Virus record (IMG/VR): IMGVR_UViG_3300042363_001425
Length of the DNA stretch: 64,000 bases
Strand: one strand, 5' to 3'
Origin: an uncultured virus (IMG/VR IMGVR_UViG_3300042363_001425)
Taxonomy: Duplodnaviria > Heunggongvirae > Uroviricota > Caudoviricetes
Of this stretch, positions 1 to 8,974 are shown piece after piece (the stretch's first letter is position 1; every line of letters begins with the position of its first letter). A model generated the notes under the pieces. The model had not been told where the DNA came from. It ran no database searches and saw only the letters and a program-made list of their open reading frames with translations. Both the position numbers and the translations under genes were made by a program.

Positions 1-6
1 GATACT

Positions 7-28
7 TTGGCTAAAACTTTTTAGCCAA
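7..28. promoter_or_regulatory. Perfect 10-bp inverted repeat (TTGGCTAAAA-CT-TTTTAGCCAA) overlapping a putative promoter; possible operator
   Basis: The palindrome is read directly; it overlaps the AAAC box at 14-17. Confidence 0.5.
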
Positions 29-41
29 TTAGAGTTAAATA
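14..41 (+). promoter_or_regulatory. Putative early/middle promoter (AAAC-N17/18-TAWAAK class)
   Basis: AAAC at 14-17 and TTAAAT/TAAATA at 35-41; the same architecture recurs upstream of 8 other non-structural genes. Confidence 0.5.
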
Positions 42-45
42 TTAA

Positions 46-124
46 TGGAACATAGAGCCTCGCTCTGTTTGTCTAGGGTTTACGAGCCCTTGAGTAATCA
101 ATTGAAGGTTACAAATAGATGAGC
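46..124 (+). ncRNA. Putative structured 5' leader (cis-regulatory RNA)
   Basis: Stem 62-72/111-124 encloses hairpins AGGGTT-TACG-AGCCCT and GTAATC-N7-GGTTAC; 46-66 is also complementary to 964-986. Confidence 0.45.
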
Positions 125-143
125 AAAAATAACATAAACTACT

Positions 144-953
144 ATGTACCAACAAACAATCACAACAAGTGGTTCAACTGCTGTATTTAATATGTATAGC
201 AAACCACAACCAACTGCTCACATTACAAAGGGCAGAGGAAGACTAAAGACCTACGGGCAATCAGTCTATCTAAAAGACGGTTCAACTTTCGAAATTGAAC
301 TGCACAATCCAAAACAAACAACAGTACTTGCAAAGATCTGGATCAATGGCCAATTGCTATCTGACGCTGGCTTAATTTTGCGACCAGGTCAAAGGGTCTA
401 TTTAGAGAGATTCATGGATGATGCTAAAAAATTCATGTTTCAAACGTATGAGGTAGACAATTCACCTGAGACCAAGGCTGCAATTGCAGCAAACGGTAAA
501 GTTAAAGTTCACTTCTATGATGAGGTCACTTATCATGCAAATACGTCAGCTGGGACTTTTAATAGTCCATGGATTGGCGGCCAATCCTGGACCTATTTTG
601 ATTCAGGGCTTTCTACGTTAACCGGTGCAGGCTTTGGAGTTACTACTACCAACTGTGCAGGATCATTTTACAATGGAGTATCTAATACATCTAATGTGAA
701 CTATTGCGCAGAGGCTGGGCCAATTGAAACTGGTCGGGTTGAAAAGGGCGAAAGCTCTAATCAGGCATTTGCTACAGCGTACGGTAACTTCAATTCATGG
801 ACCTGTGGAATAGTTAACTGGCAAATCCTACCTGAAAGTAAAAAGCCTGTTGAAATAGGAGAAATTCGCTCTTATTGTACAGGTTGTGGTACTCGTCACA
901 AAAAATCGAGCTGGAAGTTCTGCCCTAATTGTGGAACCCCTATTTCTGAATAA
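144..953 (+). CDS. Hypothetical protein, beta-rich N-terminal domain with C-terminal zinc ribbon
   Basis: 269-aa ORF; CTGCG...CPNCG at the C-terminus; low-complexity S/T/N linker. Confidence 0.8.
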   Translation: MYQQTITTSGSTAVFNMYSKPQPTAHITKGRGRLKTYGQSVYLKDGSTFEIELHNPKQTTVLAKIWINGQLLSDAGLILRPGQRVYLERFMDDAKKFMFQTYEVDNSPETKAAIAANGKVKVHFYDEVTYHANTSAGTFNSPWIGGQSWTYFDSGLSTLTGAGFGVTTTNCAGSFYNGVSNTSNVNYCAEAGPIETGRVEKGESSNQAFATAYGNFNSWTCGIVNWQILPESKKPVEIGEIRSYCTGCGTRHKKSSWKFCPNCGTPISE

Positions 954-995
954 CAATTAGCCTAGAGCGAGGCTCAAATTGTTCCAACAATTCAT

Positions 996-1003
996 ATAAA
1001 TAA
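996..1003 (+). promoter_or_regulatory. Putative late promoter ATAAATAA (T4 TATAAATA-like)
   Basis: TATAAATAAC; the 15-mer ATAAATAACTTCAAA is identical to 58016-58030. Confidence 0.65.
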
Positions 1004-1022
1004 CTTCAAATTATTTTCTAAA

Positions 1023-1307
1023 ATGGAATCTACTAATAGCAAAATTTTAAGTTTTCAAGAATTCACAACTCAACAAGTAGGTGGACAAATGGGAACTGAC
1101 CAAACACCTGAAATTTCACCGGAAATGACTGGCGAAGAGCCTTTAGCTCTTCCTGCACCAGCAGAAGAACCAATGGCTGGCAATACTGATCACAATGTTC
1201 CAACCAACATGATGGATGACGAACCTGCAGGTAACGAGCCTAACATTGAAGTTGAAACTGGAGCTGATGCAGTTGACGCTCACGCAGACGAAAACCAAGA
1301 AGGTTAA
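1023..1307 (+). CDS. Acidic small protein with capsid-targeting-like N-terminus (putative internal head protein)
   Basis: KILSFQEF motif; late motif upstream. Confidence 0.6.
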   Translation: MESTNSKILSFQEFTTQQVGGQMGTDQTPEISPEMTGEEPLALPAPAEEPMAGNTDHNVPTNMMDDEPAGNEPNIEVETGADAVDAHADENQEG

Positions 1308-1331
1308 TACAAAAATTTATAGGGTTATAAT

Positions 1332-1730
1332 ATGAGCGGTACACGTAATCGTAGTGCGCAAGACGTTGATGGTATGATGAATGATATTCTTGAGGCTCTC
1401 GAGATTATTAAGACAAAAATGCCAAATGGCGAGCTTGCGATTATACAGGACAGAATGGAAAACATTGAGTCTGCACAAGATGATATGAAGGAAGATCTGA
1501 GAACGATCCGCAAGCAGTTATTAGATCCAGAAGATGGTATAGTTGTTAGAGTTAACAAGAATACTGAATTCCGAAAGAAAAAGGAAGAAGGTGAAAAAGA
1601 CTATACTAAGATACTCGATGAGCATAAAGAGCTTATGGCTTGGAAAGGAACAGTTACCCGAATTCTATGGATAATGTTCACAGCTGTTGCAGGAATTGTA
1701 GTCAGCTTGATATTCAAGATGGGCGGCTAA
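1332..1730 (+). CDS. Coiled-coil protein with C-terminal transmembrane helix (possible holin-like/membrane protein)
   Basis: Heptad-rich body; hydrophobic ILWIMFTAVAGIVVSLIF tail. Confidence 0.55.
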   Translation: MSGTRNRSAQDVDGMMNDILEALEIIKTKMPNGELAIIQDRMENIESAQDDMKEDLRTIRKQLLDPEDGIVVRVNKNTEFRKKKEEGEKDYTKILDEHKELMAWKGTVTRILWIMFTAVAGIVVSLIFKMGG

Positions 1731-1753
1731 TGTAATCATCATTTTTTTTTTTG

Positions 1754-1786
1754 AGGTCCCACTAATGTGGGACTTTTTTTGTTTTT
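1754..1786 (+). terminator. Rho-independent terminator
   Basis: GTCCCAC-TAAT-GTGGGAC followed by a T-tract. Confidence 0.8.
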
Positions 1787-1824
1787 TAGAGTATAATAGC
1801 TATAGGAATAAAATTAAAAGTACT

Positions 1825-2235
1825 ATGTCAGACATAAGAATTGAAATAGACGTTACTGAATTAGTGGACGATCTAAACTTAAATGAACAACGTAAACTCG
1901 TTGAATACTTAAAAGACCAAATGGGTGATAATTTTGACACGTCTATCCCAGAAGGAGAATACGTACCTCGCAGCTTAGATGCAGCCACGTGGATAGACAT
2001 TGACGATATCATTCACTTGGCAAGTAGCTACGACAAGGAAAGAATGTACGAAGAATTCAAGGGAGAGTTTGAAGACGACCAGCCTAACACACCAGAAGCA
2101 TTATTTTCAAGCGGAACTACATATAATGAACAGGAATTTGGAAAAGCTTTAAATCAGCTTTGGGAATCCAGAAATCTATTAAATACTAATCAGATTGCAA
2201 GAATTGTTGCAATAACAAAAGAATCTTACGTATAA
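1825..2235 (+). CDS. Hypothetical acidic protein (start reassigned to ATG 1825)
   Basis: The upstream in-frame part overlaps the terminator and a TATAAT at 1792-1797. Confidence 0.65.
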   Translation: MSDIRIEIDVTELVDDLNLNEQRKLVEYLKDQMGDNFDTSIPEGEYVPRSLDAATWIDIDDIIHLASSYDKERMYEEFKGEFEDDQPNTPEALFSSGTTYNEQEFGKALNQLWESRNLLNTNQIARIVAITKESYV

Positions 2236-2489
2236 TGAAGTACATATTTAGCATAGTATCGGTAATACTCATGTTAGCGAGCTGCAAGCAAACTGAAGTG
2301 GAGATAGCAATCATTAGAACTGAAAAACACCGAATTGTGCAAGTGTTTAGAAACAGACCAGTGTCGATACATGATGAAATTTCGCCAAGATGGAAAGCTG
2401 TGCTTGATAACGGGGACACCGTATCATGCAATCAACTTCAAAAACCTGGAGATACTATAACTTATCAATTCTATGGGCCAACTAACTAA
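2235..2489 (+). CDS. Putative lipoprotein
   Basis: MKY + hydrophobic stretch + LASC lipobox. Confidence 0.65.
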   Translation: MKYIFSIVSVILMLASCKQTEVEIAIIRTEKHRIVQVFRNRPVSIHDEISPRWKAVLDNGDTVSCNQLQKPGDTITYQFYGPTN

Positions 2490-2676
2490 AGAAGATATGT
2501 ATGATATTGCTCTTAAGACTAGGGCATACGAGTACTTAAATAACTACCAGCATCTGGACATAGTGGCATACTTTGAAATGCAATGCACAGGGCCGGTAAT
2601 TGCTGAATTAGTGAGAAATGAAGGTGCTCACTGGGTTATTGGAACTCTTGGTATATTAATTGAAGACCTTCGATAA
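2473..2676 (+). CDS. Hypothetical protein
   Basis: ORF in a tightly packed run of small genes. Confidence 0.55.
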   Translation: MGQLTKEDMYDIALKTRAYEYLNNYQHLDIVAYFEMQCTGPVIAELVRNEGAHWVIGTLGILIEDLR

Positions 2677-2699
2677 ATTAACTATTAAAACTAAAAACA

Positions 2700-2939
2700 A
2701 TGGCAGCAACAAGCAATCACATAGGTGATATTGGAATTTGGATAGAAAAAGTAATTGAGTCATGTGCAACTCCTTTGCAGGAAGTTAGCGCAGGTAAATT
2801 AGTAAGTCTATTTGAAGCAAGATTGATTAGAGAAGACTCAAAGTTTTACTCATACTACTCTATAAAATTAAGAGAGCGATTAGATCAACAATTCTACTCT
2901 AGACTTAAAAATAAAACAACAGATGCCAACACTAATTAA
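2700..2939 (+). CDS. Hypothetical protein
   Basis: ORF with A-rich leader, overlapping the next gene. Confidence 0.6.
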   Translation: MAATSNHIGDIGIWIEKVIESCATPLQEVSAGKLVSLFEARLIREDSKFYSYYSIKLRERLDQQFYSRLKNKTTDANTN

Positions 2940-3219
2940 AATACATGAGGATGGCCGCGAGGAATTTAAAGAGCAGGGCCAACGAGTGGAAGCTATTGCA
3001 TGGAATGAGGATCGAACCTTTAAGGAAATCATTGACTCTAAGCCAGTAGTAGGTTGTTCACTATTAGTTGGGTCAGTAACCGCAAGATCCTATTCGTCTC
3101 AAGACTATTGGTTAACTAGTAAAGTAACTGAAGTACTTGAAGAGCGTAGAAATTCAGACGGAATGATGGAGTTTGTAAAATTTAAAACAGAAAATTCAAT
3201 ATATGAGCTCAGAGCATAA
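2923..3219 (+). CDS. Hypothetical protein
   Basis: Overlapping ORF in a co-oriented run. Confidence 0.65.
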   Translation: MPTLIKIHEDGREEFKEQGQRVEAIAWNEDRTFKEIIDSKPVVGCSLLVGSVTARSYSSQDYWLTSKVTEVLEERRNSDGMMEFVKFKTENSIYELRA

Positions 3220-3451
3220 AACCATACAGGATATTACTCATGGAATAGTAGCTATTCGCAAAGATGATGTAAAAAATGAAATTCAAGTATTACACTTTTG
3301 TGGATACTTTGAAGAGCCAAGCCTGGCAGACTACGAGGACTTACACAAAGAATTAACAGACGATGCTGAATTTGGACTGGTTGACCAGGAATTCGAATTG
3401 GTTCCAGCAACTGAGCAAATGATCGCTCATGTAAAATCTGAACAAGTTTAA
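3203..3451 (+). CDS. Hypothetical protein
   Basis: Overlapping ORF in a co-oriented run. Confidence 0.6.
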   Translation: MSSEHKTIQDITHGIVAIRKDDVKNEIQVLHFCGYFEEPSLADYEDLHKELTDDAEFGLVDQEFELVPATEQMIAHVKSEQV

Positions 3452-3455
3452 TGAT

Positions 3456-4022
3456 ATGAAAGTTATATTTTTAGACCATGATGGAGTAATCTGTTTATCC
3501 ACAGAGTGGGGTGGTCGTTATAAGAAACAAAATAAATGGGGTGGTAGAAAATTGTCTATGAATGCCTTGGAAATTCCGGTTGAATATCGGTTTGACAATT
3601 TCAATAAAAAAGCAATTAGCATTCTTAATGAAATTTTAGAAGAAACTGGTGCGGAAATTGTTGTGTCATCTGATTGGAAACGCTGGGCAACAGTAGAAGA
3701 AATGGGAGAATACTATGAGGCTCAAGGAATCATTAAAAAACCAATTGCCTTTACTGACTCAATTTTATCTGCAAATTACGAGGAGTTTCCTTGGGAATAT
3801 CCGCTTGATCTGGAGCAGACACGAAGTCTAGAGATTGCAGAGTATTTAACTAATTTTCCATCAATAACCAATTGGGTTGCAATTGACGATTTAGACATGG
3901 CCATTAGGCTCAATGCTGGAGTATACAGCTGGGGTTTAAATAATTTTGTGATCACTCCTAAATCAAATGAAGGAATTAAGCAGAGTGGAATTAAAGAAAA
4001 AATCCTAACCTTTTTAAAATAG
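3456..4022 (+). CDS. HAD-superfamily phosphatase (Swiss-army-knife RNA-repair-type HAD)
   Basis: VIFLDHDGV (DxD), IVVSSDWK and WVAIDD motifs. Confidence 0.75.
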   Translation: MKVIFLDHDGVICLSTEWGGRYKKQNKWGGRKLSMNALEIPVEYRFDNFNKKAISILNEILEETGAEIVVSSDWKRWATVEEMGEYYEAQGIIKKPIAFTDSILSANYEEFPWEYPLDLEQTRSLEIAEYLTNFPSITNWVAIDDLDMAIRLNAGVYSWGLNNFVITPKSNEGIKQSGIKEKILTFLK

Positions 4023-4024
4023 CC

Positions 4025-4204
4025 ATGAGTATAATAACGATAGTTGACGAACAGGACGCTAAATACCACAGAAACTCGTATCTTAAATTGGTTGATGATA
4101 AGGTAGTATTTGACTGCTCCGATACAGAGTACGGCCCAATTGAATTTGATTTGGAATTACTAAAAGAAAAAATTAAAAAACACGAAGAAACTTATGGAAA
4201 ATAG
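4025..4204 (+). CDS. Small hypothetical protein (59 aa), absent from the ORF track
   Basis: MSIITIVDEQDAKYHRNSYLKLVDDKVVFDCSDTEYGPIEFDLELLKEKIKKHEETYGK*; fills the gap between its neighbours. Confidence 0.65.
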   Translation: MSIITIVDEQDAKYHRNSYLKLVDDKVVFDCSDTEYGPIEFDLELLKEKIKKHEETYGK

Positions 4205-4418
4205 TTTAATTGAAAAAATTGCAAGGGAGGGAGCTGAACAAACTGTGCAAGCTCTAGCAATCGCCCAGCAAATGGGAATGGTTACTTCTCAAGAAGAATT
4301 AACTGTGATGATTGCATCTGGTATGGAAACTGTACTGGAAGAATACGTTCAACAAATATCAAATCAATCTAAGATTATTTTAAATGAGACTGGAAGTATT
4401 CGAAGCGATAATAACTAA
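4194..4418 (+). CDS. Hypothetical protein
   Basis: ORF in a co-oriented run. Confidence 0.6.
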   Translation: MENSLIEKIAREGAEQTVQALAIAQQMGMVTSQEELTVMIASGMETVLEEYVQQISNQSKIILNETGSIRSDNN

Positions 4419-4776
4419 GATCAAATCACAAGCAGATAAGTCGTTTGAACTACTGCAGATGGGAATTGATCTTATGAACTATGAGGATGATTACTCTGCG
4501 ATAATTTCATTGTTCTTTAAAGCATATTATGGAGAAGAAGGCGATGACTGGATTAGTTGGTTTTTATATGATAGAGAGTCTTTAGTGAAGGGCGGAAAAA
4601 CTAATCAAGCTTGGGACAAGGACGGCAATGAAATTTGCTATGATATTCCAAGTTTGTGGAAAACAGTGGAAGAGATTAGGTGCTCAACCGAATTCGTTGA
4701 ATACGAATTACCTAATGGAAATATTGATCCATCTGACCTAATGTCTACCCTATTTGGTAATATATCAAAAAAGTAA
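4384..4776 (+). CDS. Hypothetical protein
   Basis: 130-aa ORF. Confidence 0.65.
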   Translation: MRLEVFEAIITKIKSQADKSFELLQMGIDLMNYEDDYSAIISLFFKAYYGEEGDDWISWFLYDRESLVKGGKTNQAWDKDGNEICYDIPSLWKTVEEIRCSTEFVEYELPNGNIDPSDLMSTLFGNISKK

Positions 4777-5248
4777 TATGTACATTGACATGAAGACAAT
4801 AGCCTCTAATTTACCAGATAATATTAAAATTGGAACTCACAAGTTTAAAAGAGTATCACAAAGACTTGCAATTAAGATTAGTAGAGCACTATCTCCAATT
4901 GAGAACAATGGAACCAAGTTCGGTGAAGCTGAAATGGATGCAGCTTTGATATTTCGTAAAATGATAAAAGACCCAGATAGTGAATTATTAATAAGCCCAT
5001 TATCTAATAAGAAATACATTAAGAATGATTCAAAAAGACTCTTGCTTATATTAACTGGTTACGAACTAACAATCATTAACCATGTATTTAGTTACAATAT
5101 TGACATTTCTCAAAAAACAAACATATCATTAAACGGATCTTTTGAAGTTGAAATTGAAAACCGTCGAATGGCAATGGAAAAAAGTTTCAGAGAAAACGTT
5201 AAGCACTCATTAAAAACAATAATGATCAAACTAAATGAACAAATATAG
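4754..5248 (+). CDS. Hypothetical protein (start uncertain, possibly 4778 or 4790)
   Basis: 164-aa ORF. Confidence 0.6.
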   Translation: MVIYQKSNMYIDMKTIASNLPDNIKIGTHKFKRVSQRLAIKISRALSPIENNGTKFGEAEMDAALIFRKMIKDPDSELLISPLSNKKYIKNDSKRLLLILTGYELTIINHVFSYNIDISQKTNISLNGSFEVEIENRRMAMEKSFRENVKHSLKTIMIKLNEQI

Positions 5249-5549
5249 AAGACTGTCAATCGCAGGTAGCACAATAATTATTGGATTAACCTGTTTAATA
5301 GTTACAACTGCCTATTTTAGTATTAGGAAAGAAGAGGTAGTCGCTATTGGCGAATCGGCTAATCAATTACCAGACACTGTGATAATTGAAAGGATCATTG
5401 AAAAGCCAGTTAAAGTAATTCATGATACTGTGCAAGCTCAGTGTAGGAAAAAGCATTGTGAATTGCTACCGGTTAATAAATCTGAAATTACGCCTAAGAC
5501 TATTATAACGCCTCCTACCAAACCAAAAATAATCAAAGATTCAATATAA
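5235..5549 (+). CDS. Membrane-anchored hypothetical protein
   Basis: N-terminal hydrophobic helix; repeated DTV segments. Confidence 0.6.
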   Translation: MNKYRRLSIAGSTIIIGLTCLIVTTAYFSIRKEEVVAIGESANQLPDTVIIERIIEKPVKVIHDTVQAQCRKKHCELLPVNKSEITPKTIITPPTKPKIIKDSI

Positions 5550-6148
5550 TGGAAGTTAAAATTGCAGACACATTCTTTGCTAGTTTCAAACGAATGATTA
5601 ATAGAGAAAAATGGTATTGGAAAACTTGGGATTTCATTAGGTATGATTTCCCAAATTTTGTTAGTAATATCTGGAGATTTCGTAAAGCTCTAATCTCTCA
5701 CAACTGGTGGGATCACCATGGCATGTTAAAATTTAATGAGTCTGCCTTTGATCACATGGCTAATGTTATTGAAGTGTATGGTAATGAAGTTGATGAAAGC
5801 CGACTAAAGAAAGTAGCAGCAATGAGACGTGCTGCTCAAATAATTCGCAATTACAATCAGGACGTGTACATTGACATGGCTGAGGCTGAATTGGGAGAAA
5901 TAATTCATCATCCTTGGGAATTTGAACCAGTTCCTGATAATCCAGAGTATTTTCAATTAAAAGACTTTGATAAACCGGAAGAGAAGGAGCATAATTCAAA
6001 AGTATTTAATAGAGCTAGAGAAATAGGCGAGGCTGAATGGGCTGAACTATGGATCATTATGCGTGGCCAAGACTACAAGTTATTCAATGAAGAAGAGGAG
6101 TGGGCTGCTCAATTTGATGGCAGCGGTTTACGTGGCTGGTGGGATTAA
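5549..6148 (+). CDS. Hypothetical protein
   Basis: 199-aa ORF, TAATG-coupled to the upstream gene. Confidence 0.7.
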   Translation: MEVKIADTFFASFKRMINREKWYWKTWDFIRYDFPNFVSNIWRFRKALISHNWWDHHGMLKFNESAFDHMANVIEVYGNEVDESRLKKVAAMRRAAQIIRNYNQDVYIDMAEAELGEIIHHPWEFEPVPDNPEYFQLKDFDKPEEKEHNSKVFNRAREIGEAEWAELWIIMRGQDYKLFNEEEEWAAQFDGSGLRGWWD

Positions 6149-6178
6149 TCTAAAATAAAAAAAGTATATTAACTGTAT

Positions 6179-8158
6179 ATGGCAAAACAAAATAACAAGA
6201 CTGGAAAAACTCCTATGCTGGACTCGTTCGGCAAGGATTTAACTCAACTTGCACTGGAAGGTAAATTAGACCCAGTAGTTGGAAGAGAAAAAGAAATAAA
6301 AAGATGCAGCCAAATACTTTCACGCAGGAAAAAGAACAATCCAATCTTAATTGGAGAACCTGGTGTAGGTAAGACTGCAATAGTCGAAGGTCTTGCACAG
6401 ATGATTGTTGAAAAAACTTGTCCTAGAGTTTTATTTGATAAAAAGATCATTACTCTTGAATTAGCAAACCTGGTTGCCGGTACAAAGTACCGAGGCCAGT
6501 TTGAAGAGAGAATGGAACAAATAATTGAGGAGGTACAACAAAACTCTAACATTATCTTGTTTATTGATGAAATTCATACCTTAATTGGAGCAGGCTCTGC
6601 AAGCGGGTCATTAGATGCAGCAAACATCCTCAAACCAGCACTTTCACGCGGAGAAATTCAATGTATTGGTGCAACAACAATTGACGAGTTTAGAGGATCT
6701 ATTGAAAAAGATGGTGCTCTTAGTCGTCGATTCCAGCAAGTGATGGTAGATCCATCTACTCCGGAACAATCGCGCCAGATCATCCAGAATATTAGAGAGA
6801 AGTACGAGGACCATCACGCAGTGAGGTACACCGAAGAGGCATTAGATGCTTGTGTTTCGTATAGTGATCGATACTTAACTAGTAGGTTCCTACCAGACAA
6901 AGCAATTGACCTAATGGACGAAGCTGGTGCAGCTGTCCACATTAATGGAGTAGTTGTTCCTGAAGAAATTAAGAAACTTGAAGAAAAATTAGTTGTGGTT
7001 AGTGAGCTTAAGCAAAAAGCGGTTGATGCTCAACAGTATGAAGCTGCTGCTAAACTAAGAGATGACGCTCTTAAGGTAATGGCAGAAATTGATGAAGAGA
7101 AAGTTAAATGGGAAGAGTCTTTAAAAGTTAACCGACTAAAAGTTACTGAGGAAGACATTGCCGTAGTTGTTTCAACAATGACTGGTATTCCAGTTGCAAG
7201 ACTACAGGGTTCTGAGCTAGAGAAACTATCAAATATGAAGCAATGGCTGTCTGATAGAGTTATTGGACAAGCAGATGCAGTGCTTAAATTAACTAAAGCA
7301 ATTCAGAGGTCTAGAGCAGGCTTAAAGTCTAAGAATAGACCAATTGGTACTTTTCTTTTCTTGGGCCCAACTGGAGTTGGTAAAACCGAATTGGCTAAGC
7401 AGTTAGCAAAATTCATGTTTAACTCTGCCGATTCGTTAATCCGAATTGATATGACTGAGTATGGTGAGAAGTTTAATGCAAGCAAATTGATTGGAGCTCC
7501 TCCAGGTTATGTTGGATATGAAGAAGGCGGTCAATTAACTGAGAAGGTAAAACGTAAGCCGTATTCAGTAATTCTACTAGATGAGGTTGAGAAAGCTCAC
7601 CCAGATATTTTTCATACGTTACTTCAAGTGTTAGATGAAGGTCACATGACTGATGGATTAGGCAGAAAAATTGATTTTAAGAATACTGTGATTATCATGA
7701 CTTCTAATTTAGGAGTTAAGGAATTGCAAGAGTTTGGCAATGGAATTGGATTCTCTACAGTTGGCCAATTTGAAAAACAAAAAGAATTGGCTGCATCCGT
7801 ATTGAAAAAGGCAGTAAGTAAGCAGTTTGCTCCAGAATTTATAAACAGATTGGACGATATTATAATATTTGAATCTTTACAAAAAGAAGAAATTTCCAAG
7901 ATAGTTGATATTGAATTACTAGATCTATTTGATCGAGTTAAAGAAAATGGATACTCTGTTGAATTAACAAAAAGTGCAAGAGAATTTGTAATAGCAAATG
8001 GGTACGATCCAAAATTCGGAGCTAGACCACTAAAAAGAGCTATTCAAACCTACGTTGAGGACCTAATTGCGGAAGCCTATATTGATGGAAAGATCAAGGA
8101 CGGAGATCACCTGGTAATTAACCACAAAGCAAAAGACGATAAACTATCAATTAAATAA
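6179..8158 (+). CDS. clpC: ClpC-like Hsp100 AAA+ ATPase lacking the N-terminal Clp domain
   Basis: Two Walker A motifs (GEPGVGKT, GPTGVGKT), Walker B (FIDEIH, LLDEVEK), GAPPGYVG pore loop, UVR-like middle domain (QQYEAAAKLRD), IGF loop. Confidence 0.92.
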   Translation: MAKQNNKTGKTPMLDSFGKDLTQLALEGKLDPVVGREKEIKRCSQILSRRKKNNPILIGEPGVGKTAIVEGLAQMIVEKTCPRVLFDKKIITLELANLVAGTKYRGQFEERMEQIIEEVQQNSNIILFIDEIHTLIGAGSASGSLDAANILKPALSRGEIQCIGATTIDEFRGSIEKDGALSRRFQQVMVDPSTPEQSRQIIQNIREKYEDHHAVRYTEEALDACVSYSDRYLTSRFLPDKAIDLMDEAGAAVHINGVVVPEEIKKLEEKLVVVSELKQKAVDAQQYEAAAKLRDDALKVMAEIDEEKVKWEESLKVNRLKVTEEDIAVVVSTMTGIPVARLQGSELEKLSNMKQWLSDRVIGQADAVLKLTKAIQRSRAGLKSKNRPIGTFLFLGPTGVGKTELAKQLAKFMFNSADSLIRIDMTEYGEKFNASKLIGAPPGYVGYEEGGQLTEKVKRKPYSVILLDEVEKAHPDIFHTLLQVLDEGHMTDGLGRKIDFKNTVIIMTSNLGVKELQEFGNGIGFSTVGQFEKQKELAASVLKKAVSKQFAPEFINRLDDIIIFESLQKEEISKIVDIELLDLFDRVKENGYSVELTKSAREFVIANGYDPKFGARPLKRAIQTYVEDLIAEAYIDGKIKDGDHLVINHKAKDDKLSIK

Positions 8159-8211
8159 TGAATGGTATGGTGAGTTATACTCATATAAATAACCAGAAAT
8201 AACCATATACA

Positions 8212-8898
8212 ATGGGAAAATTTGGTAAAAATAGACTACCTAAGTTTATGAAAAGTGAAACAGAAGTAACTGAGTCTACTCCAATCGTAACTGACGAGCG
8301 CATGGAAAAAATAAGTCAACCTGAAATAGTATCTATGGCCAATCATGGAGATGATCATGCAATGATTATAATCAGAACAGAAGAAGGCGAAGAACTTGAA
8401 TTAAGATTTGATTTTGACGGAGATGGAATGCTAACCGCTCATCACGGTGATCACGAGTACTCTATTCCAGTAGAAGTTGATTACGTTGAGTCAGACGATG
8501 ATGATTTTGAAGATGCTCCAGAAGGAGACGACCGATTCAATGAAGCAAAGGCCTCTCGTAAAAAACAAGCTAAGCCTGATTTTTTAGATGCAGATAAAGA
8601 TGGAGACAAAAAAGAATCATTTAAAAGCGCAGCAAAGTCAGCAAAGGCTGCTGGTACTTTTGAGAGTTTTGTAATCAATGAATGTTGGAATCCAATGGAA
8701 GAAGGTTATAATCCAGCAATGTCAGAAGAAGCTAAAAGAGCAATAAAAGCACTCTGCGAGGATCTTTTAATAAATGAAGCTCAAATGTGCGATGAAGATT
8801 ATGATCAAATGCACACTTACGAGAACTATCTAAACGAATGCGGTTCTTACATGACTGAGTGCATGATGGAAGCTGCCGCTGCTTTAAAAGTAGACTAA
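8212..8898 (+). CDS. Acidic putative internal head protein with EF-hand-like loop
   Basis: Late motif at 8185-8192; DADKDGD loop; TFESFVINE motif. Confidence 0.6.
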   Translation: MGKFGKNRLPKFMKSETEVTESTPIVTDERMEKISQPEIVSMANHGDDHAMIIIRTEEGEELELRFDFDGDGMLTAHHGDHEYSIPVEVDYVESDDDDFEDAPEGDDRFNEAKASRKKQAKPDFLDADKDGDKKESFKSAAKSAKAAGTFESFVINECWNPMEEGYNPAMSEEAKRAIKALCEDLLINEAQMCDEDYDQMHTYENYLNECGSYMTECMMEAAAALKVD

Positions 8899-8918
8899 TC
8901 TTAACTACAATATTAACT

Positions 8919-8943
8919 AAAGCCCGGTTATCGGGCTTTTTTT
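8919..8943 (+). terminator. Rho-independent terminator
   Basis: AAAGCCCG-GTTAT-CGGGCTTT followed by a T-tract. Confidence 0.8.
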
Positions 8944-8974
8944 ATTTGTGCAGGCCAGTGAATAAATAATCAAT

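Noticed and set aside
46..124. Leader as a hammerhead ribozyme or tRNA
   Set aside because: No CUGANGA/GAAA core and no T-loop or cloverleaf
46..986. Inverted repeats as IS/MITE ends or retron a1/a2 arms
   Set aside because: The enclosed ORF has no transposase or reverse transcriptase motifs, and no target-site duplication was seen
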